Part shown: positions 11,076 to 24,178 of the stretch, piece by piece
How positions within the stretch are numbered: the stretch's first letter is position 1
Layout: every line of letters starts with the position of its first letter
From: Heteronotia binoei
Taxonomy: Eukaryota
DNA length: 64,000 nucleotides
Direction of reading: 5' to 3'
NCBI RefSeq assembly: GCF_032191835.1
Contig: NC_083228.1
Coordinates: 70,866,001 to 70,930,000, forward strand
Program-made: the position numbers and the translations under genes
Notes under the pieces: generated by a model
Told to the model about the DNA's origin: nothing
What the model saw: the letters and a program-made list of their open reading frames with translations, nothing else
Databases searched by the model: none

Positions 11076-13030
11076 TCTAGATACAGACCGGTCTATCTGG
11101 GCCCAGACACCTTCATCCAAAATCCATTTCACATTTTCTTTGTGACTTTTTTTGCGCTGAAATGTATTTCAATGGCACTCATGTAAGTCAATTGGCATTC
11201 ATGGTTCTCATTATATCCAATTGGCCTTCAAGCCTCTTCCATTGTTCACAATGGGAAATCCTGTCCATTTTTGTATATCCCACAGCAAAAGCACTAAATC
11301 CTCCCAAGTGCACAAGAACAAATGCTGTGAGCAGACAGCAGACCCTAGAGGGAAAGCTGGAATAAGGAGAGGGAGGGGTAGAGGGGAGCTGGAAAGGAAG
11401 TAACCCCTCCCCATCTTCAGCTGATCCCTCCAGACTTCTTGTTTCACTTGCAAGAAGCCACCAATTTGAGTGGACCTCCAGCAGCTCTCATTGGTTGAGA
11501 AGTGACCACCTGAGCCCATCAGTGATGCCAGGCTTGTGCCCCTGGTCTTCTTCACTGTCAACAGTATCTCTGGGATCCTTGCCCAGAGTCAAACAGAACA
11601 AGTTTTGGTCAGGTCATATTCAGAGCAAATACTGAGATGAAGGCCCAGAATCCATAACACTGTCCACATTTTTCAGATAAACAGAAAGTTTTATCTATCA
11701 GGCCTGAGATGTAGATTTTGGTTCTGTTGGCCCCTAAGTTGGTAGTTCTGTTATACACATCAGGCTTACTGGAATCCATATCAAGTTCAAACTCAAATTC
11801 CATAATATTGTGATCTGATTAATTAACTCAATGGATAGATCAATGAAAATACAGTTTGGGGATCCCTGCAAACAGGCAGGGCTTTTTTGGTAGAAAAAGC
11901 CCAGCAGGAATTCATTTGCATATCAGACCATGCCCTCTGACACCGAGCCAGCGTTCCTGCTCAGAAAAAAAGTCCTGCAAATAGGAAGTGAATCAGCATG
12001 AGGATTCATGTACTTTGTTGTATTCACATTTAGAAGAGAAACAGCTAAGTGAAGCCCTCAGAATAGGAATGGAAAGAACTGTATCAGACTAGACACTAAA
12101 CTGTACTCTAAAGAGAAATGCAAACCAAATTTGATTATTCCTCCTCAGGTGAAGCACATGAAGAAATTCAAAGAGGTCTACTCAAGTCTACAGTGGGATT
12201 TGCATAAGTTGTACAGGAAATAAGTGAGAGCAGAAATCAGAAGGGAGGAATGGAAGAAAGATAGGAAGGTTGCAAAAGGAAATCGGGAAAATCAATAAAA
12301 ACACTGAAAAGAAGTCTGTGAGACTGAGGTCTGAAAAAATTGAGGATACATAGATGAAATTGATCTTGGGAAAGAACCGGGGGGGTGGGGGGAATGGAAG
12401 CAAGTTGTGTAGAAAAGTAATGGAGGAGGCCTAGAAACAACATTGGAGGAAAAAAACAGAGGTTGTCTCTGTAAGTCACCTGTGGAATTCTGTGACTTGG
12501 GTATCACTTTTGGTTTGCTATTTGTAACACTGAATTAGCTGGCAACCCTTTCACTCCTATATGGTGAGTCCTCAAGCCATAAATCATTCACTGTACTAGA
12601 AAGCAATTGGCATACCTTTCTGATAACTATCTAGGTAATATTTTCTAATAAAAATGTCAGAAGTTTCTTTCACATTTAACTAAAATTTCAGTTTGTGCTT
12701 TTATGTGCACATAATTCAATAAGGAACCTGCACAAATTTCATTACTCAAGCTGTAGCTTTCATTCATGAAAAAATAATCTTGTTATATTTGTAGAGCTTC
12801 AATGGTTTTGTAGATTTGAGATTATTTGCAATACCATTTGCTAATTCATTACCAGCACCAGGCCTGAAAGACTAAGGGTGATTCCGCATTCACCTTGGTC
12901 CAGGCCAGGCTTCCATTTCCGTGTGGAGCAAGCTGGCGATTTCGCCCCTGTTGCTCTGTGCCACCATTTTGCATGGGGCAAACCCGCGATTTGCCATGCT
13001 GCAGTTTAAACCTGAAAAAACAGGTTGTTT

Positions 13031-13836
13031 AGAATCATAGAATCATAGAGTTGGAAGAAACCTCCAGGGTCATCTAGTCCAACCCCCTGCACAATGCAGG
13101 AAACTCACAAATAGCCCCCCCCCCTAAATTCACAGGATCTTCATTGGTGTCAGATGACCATCTAGCCTCTGTTTAAAAACCTCCAAGGAAGGAGAGCCCA
13201 CCACCTCCTGAGGAAGCCTGTTTCACTGAGGAATCGCTCTAACTGTCAGGAAGTTCTTCCTAGCGTTGAGCCAGAAACTTTTCTGATTTCAACCCATTGG
13301 TTCTAGTCCTACCTTCTGGGGCCACAGAAAACATTCCACATCATCCTCAATATGACAGTCCTTCAAGTACTTGAAGATGGTGATCATATCACCTCTCAGC
13401 TGCCTCCTTTCTAGGCTAAACATGCCCAGTTCCTTCAACATTTCCTCATAGGACTTGTTCTCCAGACCCCTCACCATCTTCATCACCCTCCTCTGGACCC
13501 GTTCCAGCTTGTCTATATCCTTCTTAAAATGTGGTGCCATAAACTGAACACAACACTCCAGGTGAGGTCTTACCAGAGCAGAGTAAAGCAATACCATCAC
13601 TTCACGTGATCTGGACACTATGCTTCTATTGCTACAGTCCAAAATTGCATTCGCCTTTTTAGCTACCACATCACACTGTTACATCATGTTCAGCGTATGG
13701 TCCACTAAGACCCCTAGATCCTTTTTACACATACTACTGCTAAGACATATAACCATGCATTGGATTTTTCCCGCCTAAATACAGAACTTTATATTTATCC
13801 CTGTTAAAATTCACAGTTTTCCAGCCTGTCAAGATC
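13031..13836 (-). mobile_element. CR1 LINE 3' fragment
   Basis: ORF 13289-13669 [30 protein letters not shown]; (ATTCTATG)n-type tail at 13031. Confidence 0.92.
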
Positions 13837-13880
13837 ACCCACCAACATTATTTTAAAAAAACAGGTTGCAGGATAAGGTG

Positions 13881-13988
13881 GATTGTAACAGATGGTTACT
13901 TCAACAGGAGATGCAAATGATCTTTAAACTGCGTGCCCTAATGCTGCATGGTTTGAACAATGACTGGGATCTGACTTGTTTCTTATGA
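13881..13988 (+). pseudogene. Penelope-like element GIY-YIG C-terminal remnant
   Basis: Translates DCNRWLLQQEMQMIFKLRALMLHGLNNDWDLTCFL*, resembling the PLE ending LL.RE..WIF.L....GLN...DL..FL. Confidence 0.7.
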
Positions 13989-15524
13989 GTTACGATGTGA
14001 ATCTGTTTTTTTGGATCAACTCTATATTCTGTCATGACATTGCTGTAGCTTTTAGAAGAATCTATTGCAAGAACGCTGTAAAAATTTTAAGTGTTTTTAA
14101 AAATAATGTTGGTGGTTCAATTAGCGCACCTTTGGATATATAAGGTTATTGGTAATTTGTAACAGTATCACATTGAAGAGAAAATTTCTGTACTGAAGTG
14201 TAAGGCATTTTTACCTGATGTATAAGATTGTTTATGAGAAGGTATTGTACTATTACTTTGTAATCCACAGGGACCACTGATATTGTTAATTATTGTATTT
14301 TAATACGATTCCCATAATTTATTGTGCAGCTGGAAAAAGCTAAAGCAAAACAAGGGCACGAGTATGACCTTGTAGCTGTATTGAACTGCTGACTGCATTC
14401 CTTGGAGATTTTTGGACAAAGTGGATTTATTTAATGATTTCACTAGGATCATCCCTAATTAAAATCAGCACTGTAGTGCTACAGAAACAGTGGGACTGGT
14501 ATCCGGTGAACACGTCTTTTGCATGATTTAAGAGACTGAGTGACTGTGTTTTTCATTAATTATTATAAAAGATTCCTTTGATAAATTCTTCCAAATTTGT
14601 TATATTTGTTTGATGTTTTGAGGCTGGTAATCACAGTAGCGTGTAGCTTTGTTTCCCCTGCCCACCTGAGGATGGTAGCACTAGCCAGGTCCTTTTTTCA
14701 AGTTCCTGCATTTCCTCCCCATCACATTGGCTTTAAATGCTTGCCCTCCTATATCTTCAACCTTCTGCTCATTCATTCTTGTTATTTCTGCACTGTTCAG
14801 ATTCATCTGCCATTAGCCTCCTTTGTTTCCTTCCATCCCTCTTTTTAAGGCTAACATTCTGCCCTGCAAGTAATCATTCAGTGTTCTATAAGAAGAAAGC
14901 AGAAGGAAAAAGCAACACTAACCATAGTAAGAATATAAATGTCTTGAGCTCACCACAAAGAGTACTAGAGAATAGCCCGAAGAGACTCCCGGTTCAAGTG
15001 CCAGAAGATTCTGTCAAAGAGCTCTTAACCCTAGGTATGTTAAGGAAATGAGACAAGCAACAGTCTACAGGGGAAGAAAATATTTCTCAGAATTATTCAC
15101 CATAAAAACATGCTTGAGAAACATTTGTCAGAAATGAGAAACAAACCAATAACTACTCCATTTGTTATAGACCAGGGGTGGCCAAACTGTGGCTTGGGAG
15201 CCACATGTAACTCTTTCACACATATTGTGCGGTTCCCGAAGGTCAAAGAGGAACTTAATGCAGGTTTACTCTCAATAAAGCATGCTTAGCATCAGGACCT
15301 CAGTCAGCCTCTGTGTGCTGACCCATAAGAAGGCGACTGTTTCTGCCATGTGTAAAGCAGGGAAAGAGGGGAAAGGCTTGAAAGCTCTTCTCCACCACAG
15401 AAGTTGCATGGAGACCTAAAAGTGGGGAAAGAGAGCACAAAACCTGAGGGAGCTTCTAGAAGGAGAGACAGAATTAAAGAGGGTGTGCAGGGTTCCCCCT
15501 TAGTTTCATAGCTTTTGTAGGAGC

Positions 15525-15860
15525 TTTATTTATTATTAGGGTTTGTAGAATCTTTCGGGCTCAAGTGCCGTGTTCTACTGGAGAAAGTTTTTCTTCCAGA
15601 CGTTTCGTTCTCGGCTGCGGAGAACATCCTCAGTGGCGTTGCAGCCGGAGCAGGCGCTCTGACCTTCTTGGCTGCTGTGCATTGAGTGAGGCCAGGGCTG
15701 CTGGAGAGCTGCTATTTCTAGGCTGGAGGGGGTGTGGTGAAAGGGCAATAGGTTTGTGAATGTGCCCATTGTTTGGTGGGGCTTCCTGGAAGGGTAGTGA
15801 TAAGGAAACTGGCTGTTGAATGTGACAATTTATTACTCTTGGTGTCAAGGCAAAGAGAGA
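15525..15860 (-). mobile_element. Penelope-like element 3' terminal repeat fragment
   Basis: Contains a hammerhead motif and ends in an A-rich tail on the minus strand. Confidence 0.7.
15596..15636 (-). ncRNA. Minimal type I hammerhead ribozyme motif
   Basis: CCA-CUGAGGA-U-GUUCUC(cgcagcc)GAGAAC-GAAAC-GUC-UGG: intact core, 6-bp stem II, palindromic ACGU stem III, 3-bp stem I. Confidence 0.75.
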
Positions 15861-15879
15861 TGAATAATGGTGCAAATGG

Positions 15880-16185
15880 TAGTCAGTGGTTTATATGTTA
15901 AAGCTGCAGTACTGCAGTCCTAAGCTCTGCTCATGATTTGAGTTCGCTCCCTGGTAGAAGCTGGGTTTTCAGGTAGCCAGCTCGAGGTTGACTCAGCCTT
16001 CCATCCTTCTGTGGTCGGTAAAATGAGTGCCCAGCTTGCTGCAGGGAAAGTGTAAATGACTGGGGAAGGCGATGGCAAACCACTCCATAAAAAGTCTGCC
16101 GTGAAAACGTTGTGAAAGCAACATCACCTCACAGTCAGAAATGACTGGTGCTTGCACAGGGGACCTTTCCTTCCTTTCCTTATGG
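15880..16185 (+). mobile_element. Sauria SINE
   Basis: Hallmark GTTGACTCAGCCTTCCATCCTTC..GGTCGGTAAAATGAGT and GGAAGGCGATGGCAAACCACTCC. Confidence 0.85.
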
Positions 16186-19100
16186 GGACTGTCATTCCCA
16201 ATTTTTGTTTTTTAAAAAAGTCTCCTTCTAGCATGGTCATGTTGTAAAGTATTTTGTCTTTCTGGGCAAAAAAAAAGTTTTAATAAAGACCTGTGTGTAA
16301 TATTTGTTCTTGTGACTCTCAAACATCTTGTGGCTTGTGGCTCTCAAACATCTGATGTTTATTCTATGTGGCTGTTAGGTTAAGCGAGTTTGGCCACCTT
16401 TGTTATAGAGAATAGACATTTCCTTTGCAACGCAGTATTAGGTGAACAAGGATTTTCAATGTATATTCATATAAATGATATAAATATAATGGCAAGAAGT
16501 ATACATTCACATACACATGTGCCTTCTGCAAGTCCCTCACCATGGAATAAAGAGTGACCTTTCATACAAGTGGCATTTTTTATAATCAGTCACCGGCTCA
16601 GTACAAATAGATGTGCCATAAATACAGAGATCTCATAAACCATGCATACTTCCCACCATGGTGTGTATATTGATTTAAAGTCATATTTCCATGAACAAAC
16701 AGTTTAATTAGTATGTACATCTTTTTTCTTTAGCCAATCAAAATAATACCCATGGGAAAAAATCTGTGTCACCTATAGAGAGTTTCCTATTAGCGCTTAG
16801 TAATAAAATGAATAATTGTATTTTTAACTACCAATTTATTCATTTTCATGGGAGGAAAAGCATCAGGATGACATTCTATGAAGCCAATTCTAAATAGTTA
16901 TGCTCATGGAAAGAAAAATAATAGCAAATGCCCAGTTCTTCAATTTTTCTGTATTTTTTAATTTATATGTTATATACACTAGAGCTGAGTCATTTTTGCT
17001 ATAATTTTGTTCCAAAATGTTACAAGATAAAACCTTCAGTAAAATGTTTAAGCAAATTACACAAGAATTGTACAAATGTGACTTGTCCTGGTCCATGGGT
17101 GTTCCCCATAGTATTACTGCCTCCAGTATTCCATTCTACATACTTCCATTTATTCACTGTGAATTTCTCATGTGTTTTTTATTCTATATTTCATATGTAT
17201 ACAATGCACGGCTTGAATTCAACAGGAGCTCACAGGAGTGCAGCTCCTGAACCTCCAGCCAGGGCATATGCAAATGAGATATGCTACTGAGCTCCTGCAC
17301 CGTTTTTTCTACAAAATTACCTGATTTTTCTCTCTGCTATTTGCTACTGTTGTTTCACCTAACCAATTTATTATGGTCTTTTCACCCCCACGTAGAGAAA
17401 CACGGACTCACTAACACTGAAACTCTTTTCATATTATTAGTAATATTAAGTGGGATTATGTGCATGAGGATGAATGTAAGATTAAACTATGATATCTGTA
17501 AAGGTTATTCAGAAAAAGTCCTGCTGTGGATTTGTTATTTCTGTAATAGAATAATAATTTTTCAAAGCTTTCACTGCCATCTTAATCAGAGTTACACCCT
17601 TCTAAATTCAATGAAGTCAATGAATTAAGAGCAATGCAACTCTAATTAGAAACAGTGTTCCAGAAATTGAGATTTCAAGTTTGTACCAACCAACTGCCAG
17701 TGAATCATTACAAACAACAAGATCATTACAAACTAGAGAATGATTTAAAACAACTGAGGGAGGATGCAGACATAACATAGGGTTGCCATTTGTACATGAG
17801 AGGGCTTCATTCATGGGAGATTTCACTGTCATGTCTAACATAATGTTTATGAACTCAGAGTGTATAAAGCTCATCTAGGGAAATGTCTGTGATCTTTACT
17901 GATCCGGTGGAAGTTTACAAGGTGCAAAGTCATCACAATTTTTAAAATGTTGCATGATTTTTTTTATGTTTGGTCTGAGATTTTTCACGGTTTATTAATT
18001 TTAATGATTTATTTCATTGTATTATACTTTGTGAGCTGCCTCAAGCAGAACTCCGAGAGGTTGCATATAAATGTTCTAAACAAATAAATAACTGAATGTA
18101 GCAAAAAGCTAATATATCCACTACATAGTCAGTCTTTGATTAATCTAGTGGGGGTAGGTTATGGTGCTAATGACCTGCAAAAGTTGATATGATAATTGTG
18201 TGGTGTATAGAGGTGTTTGACAGCTACTTCAGATTTTATGTTTGAAATAGATTTAGAAGAATGTAACTTAGGATGGCAGTATCAATTGCTAAGCCAAACA
18301 TGACTAGCTCTAGAGCAAGGTTGGGTGATGGCCTCGGGGAATAGAGTAGTGAGTGGCAGCCTCTAACGTCTCATGCTACCATCATTGTTGCTCTGACATA
18401 CAGAAATTTGGAAAGCTCCACTGGGCATGTGTGACTTGCTGTGCTCTCTTTTAAAAAGTTTGGGGAATGAGAAGAGAAAAATCATGAGCTTCTAAGATTC
18501 CTGAGCATTTGTGGTGACCATGAGAAGTGGGGGGGGGGGCAGCTGGGTGAGTGGTGACAGTTGATGGGGGGAAAGGATGGCAGCAGAGGATAATGGTTTC
18601 AGGTCCCTTGTTGAGTTGCCACTGAACCCACATGACAATTCCCAATATGTTTGTTTATGTTACTTGTCTGAGATCATCCTCTGAATTAAACTAATCTGAG
18701 GCACTAGAAGATTATCACTTGTTCTAAGTACAGGACTGCATGATGTGTTGGACATAGGACTGACATATATAATGGTATACTTATATGTAGATGTCCATTT
18801 TGTTGAAATAGGCAAAGTCTAGGGTACAAAGTGTCAAGTCTGATGTTTCAATAACGAGACCTTCTTGATAAAAAAAGTTTCTAGTTTATTGTAACATGTT
18901 GCAAGACTGTAAAAGCAGATTGAGAGACTGGCGAGCATGCACAAAGAGCAAACATATAAGGTATACATCAAAGGGATTCCTTAGGGAGGAGGCACTCTAT
19001 GCAGGGTACATTCACACATTGTTATTGTTTTATCGTTCTCAAGCACCGGCTGGCCTTGGGCGCTTTCTTAGCACCGGCTATCTCTGAGAAGGCACCACAA

Positions 19101-19446
19101 TCTTGTTCCCATATTCCCATTTCCAAGCATTGCTACATAACAAAGGAAGGGAGGGGGGGAAGGAGAGTTTGAGCTAGCAGCATCTGAATACAGAGTGGTT
19201 TTACCCAGGATCTTTTTCCTGAACCAAAGTTTGGCACTAAACTACTCAGTCATTATAGCAGACTTGACACAAAGAAGATAAGAAGACCTTGCAGAAGGAA
19301 GCAAGAAGACAATTCATAGGGATACTGATATCAGACCTTCTCTCTTAAATGTCATTTAAATTGTCTGTTTCCAAGCTCCCACTCTCAGAGCAATTTCCTC
19401 CTTCTCAGAAGTGCCACACTCAGTCTTACCCTCTCTCTTAGCCGGA

Positions 19447-19723
19447 GATGATGATGATGATTATGATGATGATATTGGATTTATATCCCACCCTCCACTC
19501 CAAATCTCAGAGTCTCAGCGTGGCTCACAATCTCCTTTATTTTTCTCCCCCTGTGAGGTGGGTGAGGCTGAGAGGCCTCTCACAGCAGCTATCCTTTCAA
19601 GGACAACCTCTGCCAGAGCTATGGCTGACCCAAGGCCATCCCAGCAGGTGCAAGTGGAGGAGTGGGGAATCAAACCCGGTTCTCCCAGGTAAGAGTCCAC
19701 CACTTAACCACTACACCAAATTG
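19447..19723 (-). mobile_element. tRNA-derived SINE, same family as 10405-10682
   Basis: Near-collinear match; (ATC)n tail. Confidence 0.8.
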
Positions 19724-19929
19724 ACTGTAACTAGGAACCTATCTCTGTCTCTTCTCTTTCCTATCAAGTATGTTAACTCCTAAATAAACCTTTATCTACT
19801 CTTTAACCAGGCTATGTACTGTTGCTGCATTAATTACTTTGTCAACAGGGATCACGGTGGCCTAGATTAAGCACAACTCTGATTAAAGGTAGAGAAATCA
19901 CCAGAGGCTCTTGGTTCAAGCAAGACAGA

Positions 19930-20386
19930 ACAGACCAGAACCAACAGGCTGAAATTAAATCAAAGGAGTTTTCTCTAAACATTAGGAAGAACTTCCTGAT
20001 AGAGTGGTTCCTTAATGGAATAGGCTTCCTCATGAGGTGGGGGGCTCTCCTTCTTTAGAGGTTTTTAATGGCCATCTGACAGCAATGCTGATTCTGTGAA
20101 TGAGGCAGGTCATGAGAAGGAGGATAGGAAGGGTTGCATCAATGCTTAGTTCTTGTGGCCATTTCTTACATACCCAGAGAAATGCTGATTGACACTTTGG
20201 GGTCACTTAGCAATTTTTCTGCAGGCCAGTATGGCAAGAAATCCTGGAGGTTTTTGCCATCTTCTAGGCATGGAGCAGGGGTCACTGGGGATGTATGTGT
20301 GTGGGGGAGGTATTTGTTAGTTCCCTGCATTGTGCAGGGGGTTGGACTAGATGCCCTGGATGCCCCTTCCAACTCTATGGTTCTAC
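19930..20386 (+). mobile_element. CR1 LINE 3' end
   Basis: CTAAACATTAGGAAGAACTTCCTGA..CCCTTCCAACTCTATGGTTCTA terminus. Confidence 0.8.
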
Positions 20387-20403
20387 AATGTATGCTGCTT
20401 GAG

Positions 20404-21217
20404 TAGGCTTCCCAACTCCCCTGCCCTGGCGGGGAACCCCCAAAATTGCATCCTCCTCCCCCGCTCTCAAAAAATCTGGGGGCGGGGGGGGGGGAGAGAG
20501 AACATACCTTTAGGCATCATGTTGTAGAGCTTCTGATCCGTTTTAAAATGTATCCCTTTAAGGCTGCACAGGAAACAGGAAACAGAAAGGGCTTCATGGG
20601 AAAGTAACAGTTTCCATGGAGAACGGCCCCTCCCTTTCTTTTCCTGTGGAGCCTTGCTTTCGTTTTCCCAGCAAGCACATTCTGCTGGAAGAAGACCAAG
20701 TACGGTAAGTGTTTGTGTGTGTGTGAGAGAGAGGGAGGGGGCAGGGAGGGGGGATTCCCTGGTATGGAGGCCCTCCCCCCCTTTAGAAAGCGTGGGGGGG
20801 AGGGAAATGTCTGCTAGGCACTCTATTATTCCCTATGGAGAACGATTCCCATAGGGAATAATAGGGAATTGATCCGTGGGTATTGGGGGCTCTCGGGGGA
20901 TTATTTTTTTGAGGTAGAGGCACCAGATTTTTAGTATAGCATCTAGTGCCTCTCCCCAAAATACCCCCCAAGTTTCAAAATGATTGGACCAGAGGGTCTA
21001 ATTCTATGAGCCCCAAAAGATGGTGCCCCTACCCTTAATTATTTCCTATGGAAGAAAGGCATTTAAAAAGGCGTGCTGTCCCTTTATATGTGATGGCCAG
21101 AACTCCCTTGGAGTTCAATTATGCTTGTCACATCCTTGTTCCTGGCTCCACCCCAATGTCTCCTGACTCCGCCCCCAAAGTTCCCAGATTTTTCTTTAAT
21201 TGGACTTGGCAACCCTA
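20404..21217 (-). mobile_element. hAT MITE of the TAGGGTTGCCA family (814 bp)
   Basis: Termini TAGGCTTCCCAAC / TTGGCAACCCTA; perfect 8-bp TSD TGCTTGAG. Confidence 0.9.
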
Positions 21218-21225
21218 TGCTTGAG

Positions 21226-22540
21226 GCAGAACTTCCTGGCAAGTTCTGGGGAGAAGCAATCAACACTGCTACCTTCCAGCAAAATAGATTACTTACTAAA
21301 GGTGCCAGCATCTTTTGAACTGTGGTATGTGCACAAATCCAGCCTGAATCATCTAATGGTATTTGGATCAAAGGCCTGCAGCAGTTATATTCCTAAAGAA
21401 AAGAGGATCTAGATTGATTTTAGAGCAGAAGGAGGCATTTTTACAGGCTACACACTGAAAAGCAAAGGATACAGAATCCTCAACCCAGAAACAGATCTGC
21501 AATATGGTCTGCATTGATGAAAGGGAGAAATAAAAAAAAAAATGGGGAGAGTAGATATCAGTGAATCTACACCAATAGAAAATATGAAGTACAGCAAACA
21601 GGAACAGTGCATTCAGGTGAGTAGCCATGTTGGTCTGAAGAAGCAGAACAAAGTGTGAGTCCAGTGGCAGCTTTAAGACCAACAACATTTTATTCACTGT
21701 ATGAGCTTTAGTCTGAGCACTATGGACCACACACAAGACACACCTACAGAACCAAAAGAACCAGAAGGGTCTGCAGAGCCAAGTGTGAGATGGTCAAACA
21801 AATCAAACAAAGAAATATCACCAAGAAGACTCTTATGTAGCAAAGGCTAGATGTTTAACAAAACTGCTTCCAGGAAGAGAGCAGTAGGATGCAAGTGATC
21901 TTCAAAACCAAATATGATGTACAAAGATATAAAGTCAGATTGGTTGCTAAAGGATATTCTCAGAAGTTTGGAGAAGACTATGATGAAACCTTTGCACCAG
22001 TGGTGAAACAGATTTCAATAAGAATGCTCTTGAGCATAGCAACAGCAAGAAAGGTGTATGTGTAGCATCTGGACATAAAGACTACTTTTCTACATGGAGA
22101 AATAAAGGAAGCAAGAAACTGTAGCTGTGGTTTCAAATGAAGCTGAGTATGTAGCTGCAGAAGCATGCAGACAATTGAAATGGATACCGTAACTCAGGGG
22201 TTTTTTGGTAGAAAGAGCCCAGCAGGAACTCATTTGCATATTAGACCACACCCCCTGATGTCACCATTGTTTCATATAGGACTTTTTGTAGAAAAAGCCC
22301 AGCAGGAATCTATTTGCATATTAGGTCATGCCCTTTGACACTGAGCCAGCCGGAACTGCATTCTGCTCAAAATAAGCCTTGCCATAACTAATACAGGACT
22401 TTGGGATAAAGGAATCCAAGCCAATGTAACTTTTTGAAGATAACCAAGGGTGCATAACATTTGTAGATAAAGAAGGTCAACTGAAGAACTAAACACATGA
22501 ATGTGAAGCATCACCTAGAAAGAAACATTCAAGAAGAAAG
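21226..22540 (+). pseudogene. pol: Ty1/Copia pol remnant (integrase, RT and RNase H pieces)
   Basis: Integrase AELPGKFWGEAINTATFQQNRL; RT RYKVRLVAKGYSQKFGEDYDETFAPVVK..HLDIKTTFLHGEI; RNase H NEAEYVAA and FEDNQGCI..RTKHMNVKHH; IN-RT-RH order is Copia-type. Confidence 0.88.
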
Positions 22541-22577
22541 GCTTGCTAAATGAGCAATAGATGAAAAGTTTGCAGAA

Positions 22578-22760
22578 ATCGGCCCCTTCCCAGCCACACT
22601 GGCAACGCCAGTCATAGGCTGGGGGCCGTGCTTTGCCCTCCCGGAAGGAGGGAGGCTGACACCGGCTTCCCGGCCATCCGGGAGTTGGAGGAGTGGGCGT
22701 GGAGTCAGGGCTATAAAGTCCAGGCTCCCGCCCGTTCAGCACAGTTCTTTCGTGGCTTGA
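22578..22760 (+). mobile_element. Isolated Ngaro-family A repeat (promoter) fragment
   Basis: ATCGGCCCCTTCCCAGCCA..CATAGGCTGGGGGCCG..CCGGAAGGAGGGAGG..CTATAAAG..CAGTT matches the Ngaro-2 A repeat; TATA at 22712, Inr A at 22743. Confidence 0.85.
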
Positions 22761-22847
22761 TGGGTGCTGGAAAAGGCAATGTCTGGTGTACAAAGAAGAA
22801 AAGGCCATGCAGGGTGTGGTAAGAAGACAGGATAGTGAGCTCAGCAC

Positions 22848-24178
22848 TAGGGATGGGCATGAACAGGGAAAATGGAGGTTCATCCCAGTTCATGGTTTGT
22901 GCAGTCTCACAAATCATGAACCTTCCCATTTATCAAACTGGTCCATTTCATGAGGTCTATGATGAAGAAAAATGGCCCTCTGGTGGGCTAGAGATGCCAA
23001 ACTCACAGTGAATCTGCTACTCTTCACTACTAAACCATGTTGGCTGTCTTAGGCATTCTCATTTGATAAAAGAGACATTCCAAAGAACTTGATCCCAAGG
23101 GGCTGTTAGTATAGCAACCACACTGCCATATGTATTTACCTGCAACCCACACCCACCAATCACAGATCAACATACTGATGACACCCTGAAGCAAGCCACA
23201 TGGTGAAGAAGTAGACAGACACACACTGACATGCTTCAGTGACATCATCCTGCCCAAGCAAGTCTCCTCTACCTGCCAATATCAAGAAAAGAAGCAGACA
23301 CAGTAAGGGCAGCTGAAGTCCAGCAGGTGGGTGCTCAGAAACATGGAAGTTGAAACTTCTAGGCTCTAAAGTGCAAAGGGTCAGGAGGCCTGGGGAGTGA
23401 AAACCTGCGACACCAGGCAGAGCAGGAACAGTTTATGATGTTGAGTACAGTGTTGGGGGGTACCCAGAAGCATGGAAGTTGAGGATCCTAGGATTCAAAG
23501 TGAAAAGGAGAGGACCTAACAGGAGGTCTAATGCAGGAGAGGGCTCAGAGTTGGAAAACCAACATGAGGTTCAAGCACAGCAAGGGCAGCTGATGATGCT
23601 AAACTGGGAGGGGGGGTGCCCAGAAGATCCAGGGGTCCAGAGGGCAAAAAGGAAGAAATTGAGGGTTCAAAAATTCCAATGAGGGGAAGTGTGGGTCCTC
23701 AGCTGGGGAACTCAGTGGCTGAGCCTCTGTTCAGTTTGAGCAGAAAGACAGGTGCCTCTAAGCCCCAAACACCCTCAACTCCACTGTTTTCACATTTCCT
23801 CTCTGCCTCTAACTCATTCTCTTCCTGACTGCCCACTGCAAAGTAAAAACAGCTGTGTGTGAGCCAGGGGGTATATATTCATTTTGCTTCCATAGAGCAG
23901 AATGGGAGCTCTCTTGTTGGCAGCTAGCACTGCCTGTTGAGCTTTGGAGGCCACTATTAGTGTTTTCAGGGCTGCAGAAGTCCATCCCCCCATTGCTTTG
24001 ATGATTAATCGATCAGCAACAACATGTCTGCTGCATGAACTAGTGACACACACCACACAAACCTCCATGGAAATCATGGAGGTTTATGGGAGGTTGTAGT
24101 TGTGATTGCATGACCCTTGGCTTCTGAGCTATGAACCACATGATTTTTGTGACAAATTTAGATTTGTGCCCATCCCTA
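22848..24178. mobile_element. Non-autonomous hAT (Ac-like termini) element, 1.33 kb
   Basis: 12-bp TIR TAGGGATGGGCA / TGCCCATCCCTA; flanks CTCAGCAC and TTCAATAC agree at 5 of 8 positions, all differences transitions. Confidence 0.7.

Larger units (their letters stand above)
15173..16402. mobile_element. Non-autonomous hAT element carrying nested insertions
   Basis: TIRs CAGGGGTGGCCAAACT / AGTTTGGCCACCTTTG; 8-bp TSD TTATAGAC / TTATAGAG. Confidence 0.85.

Noticed and set aside
13015-13868. AAAAAACAGGTTG on both sides of the CR1 fragment as a TSD
   Set aside because: The right copy is about 20 bp from the apparent CR1 end and CR1 seldom makes TSDs; not resolvable by eye
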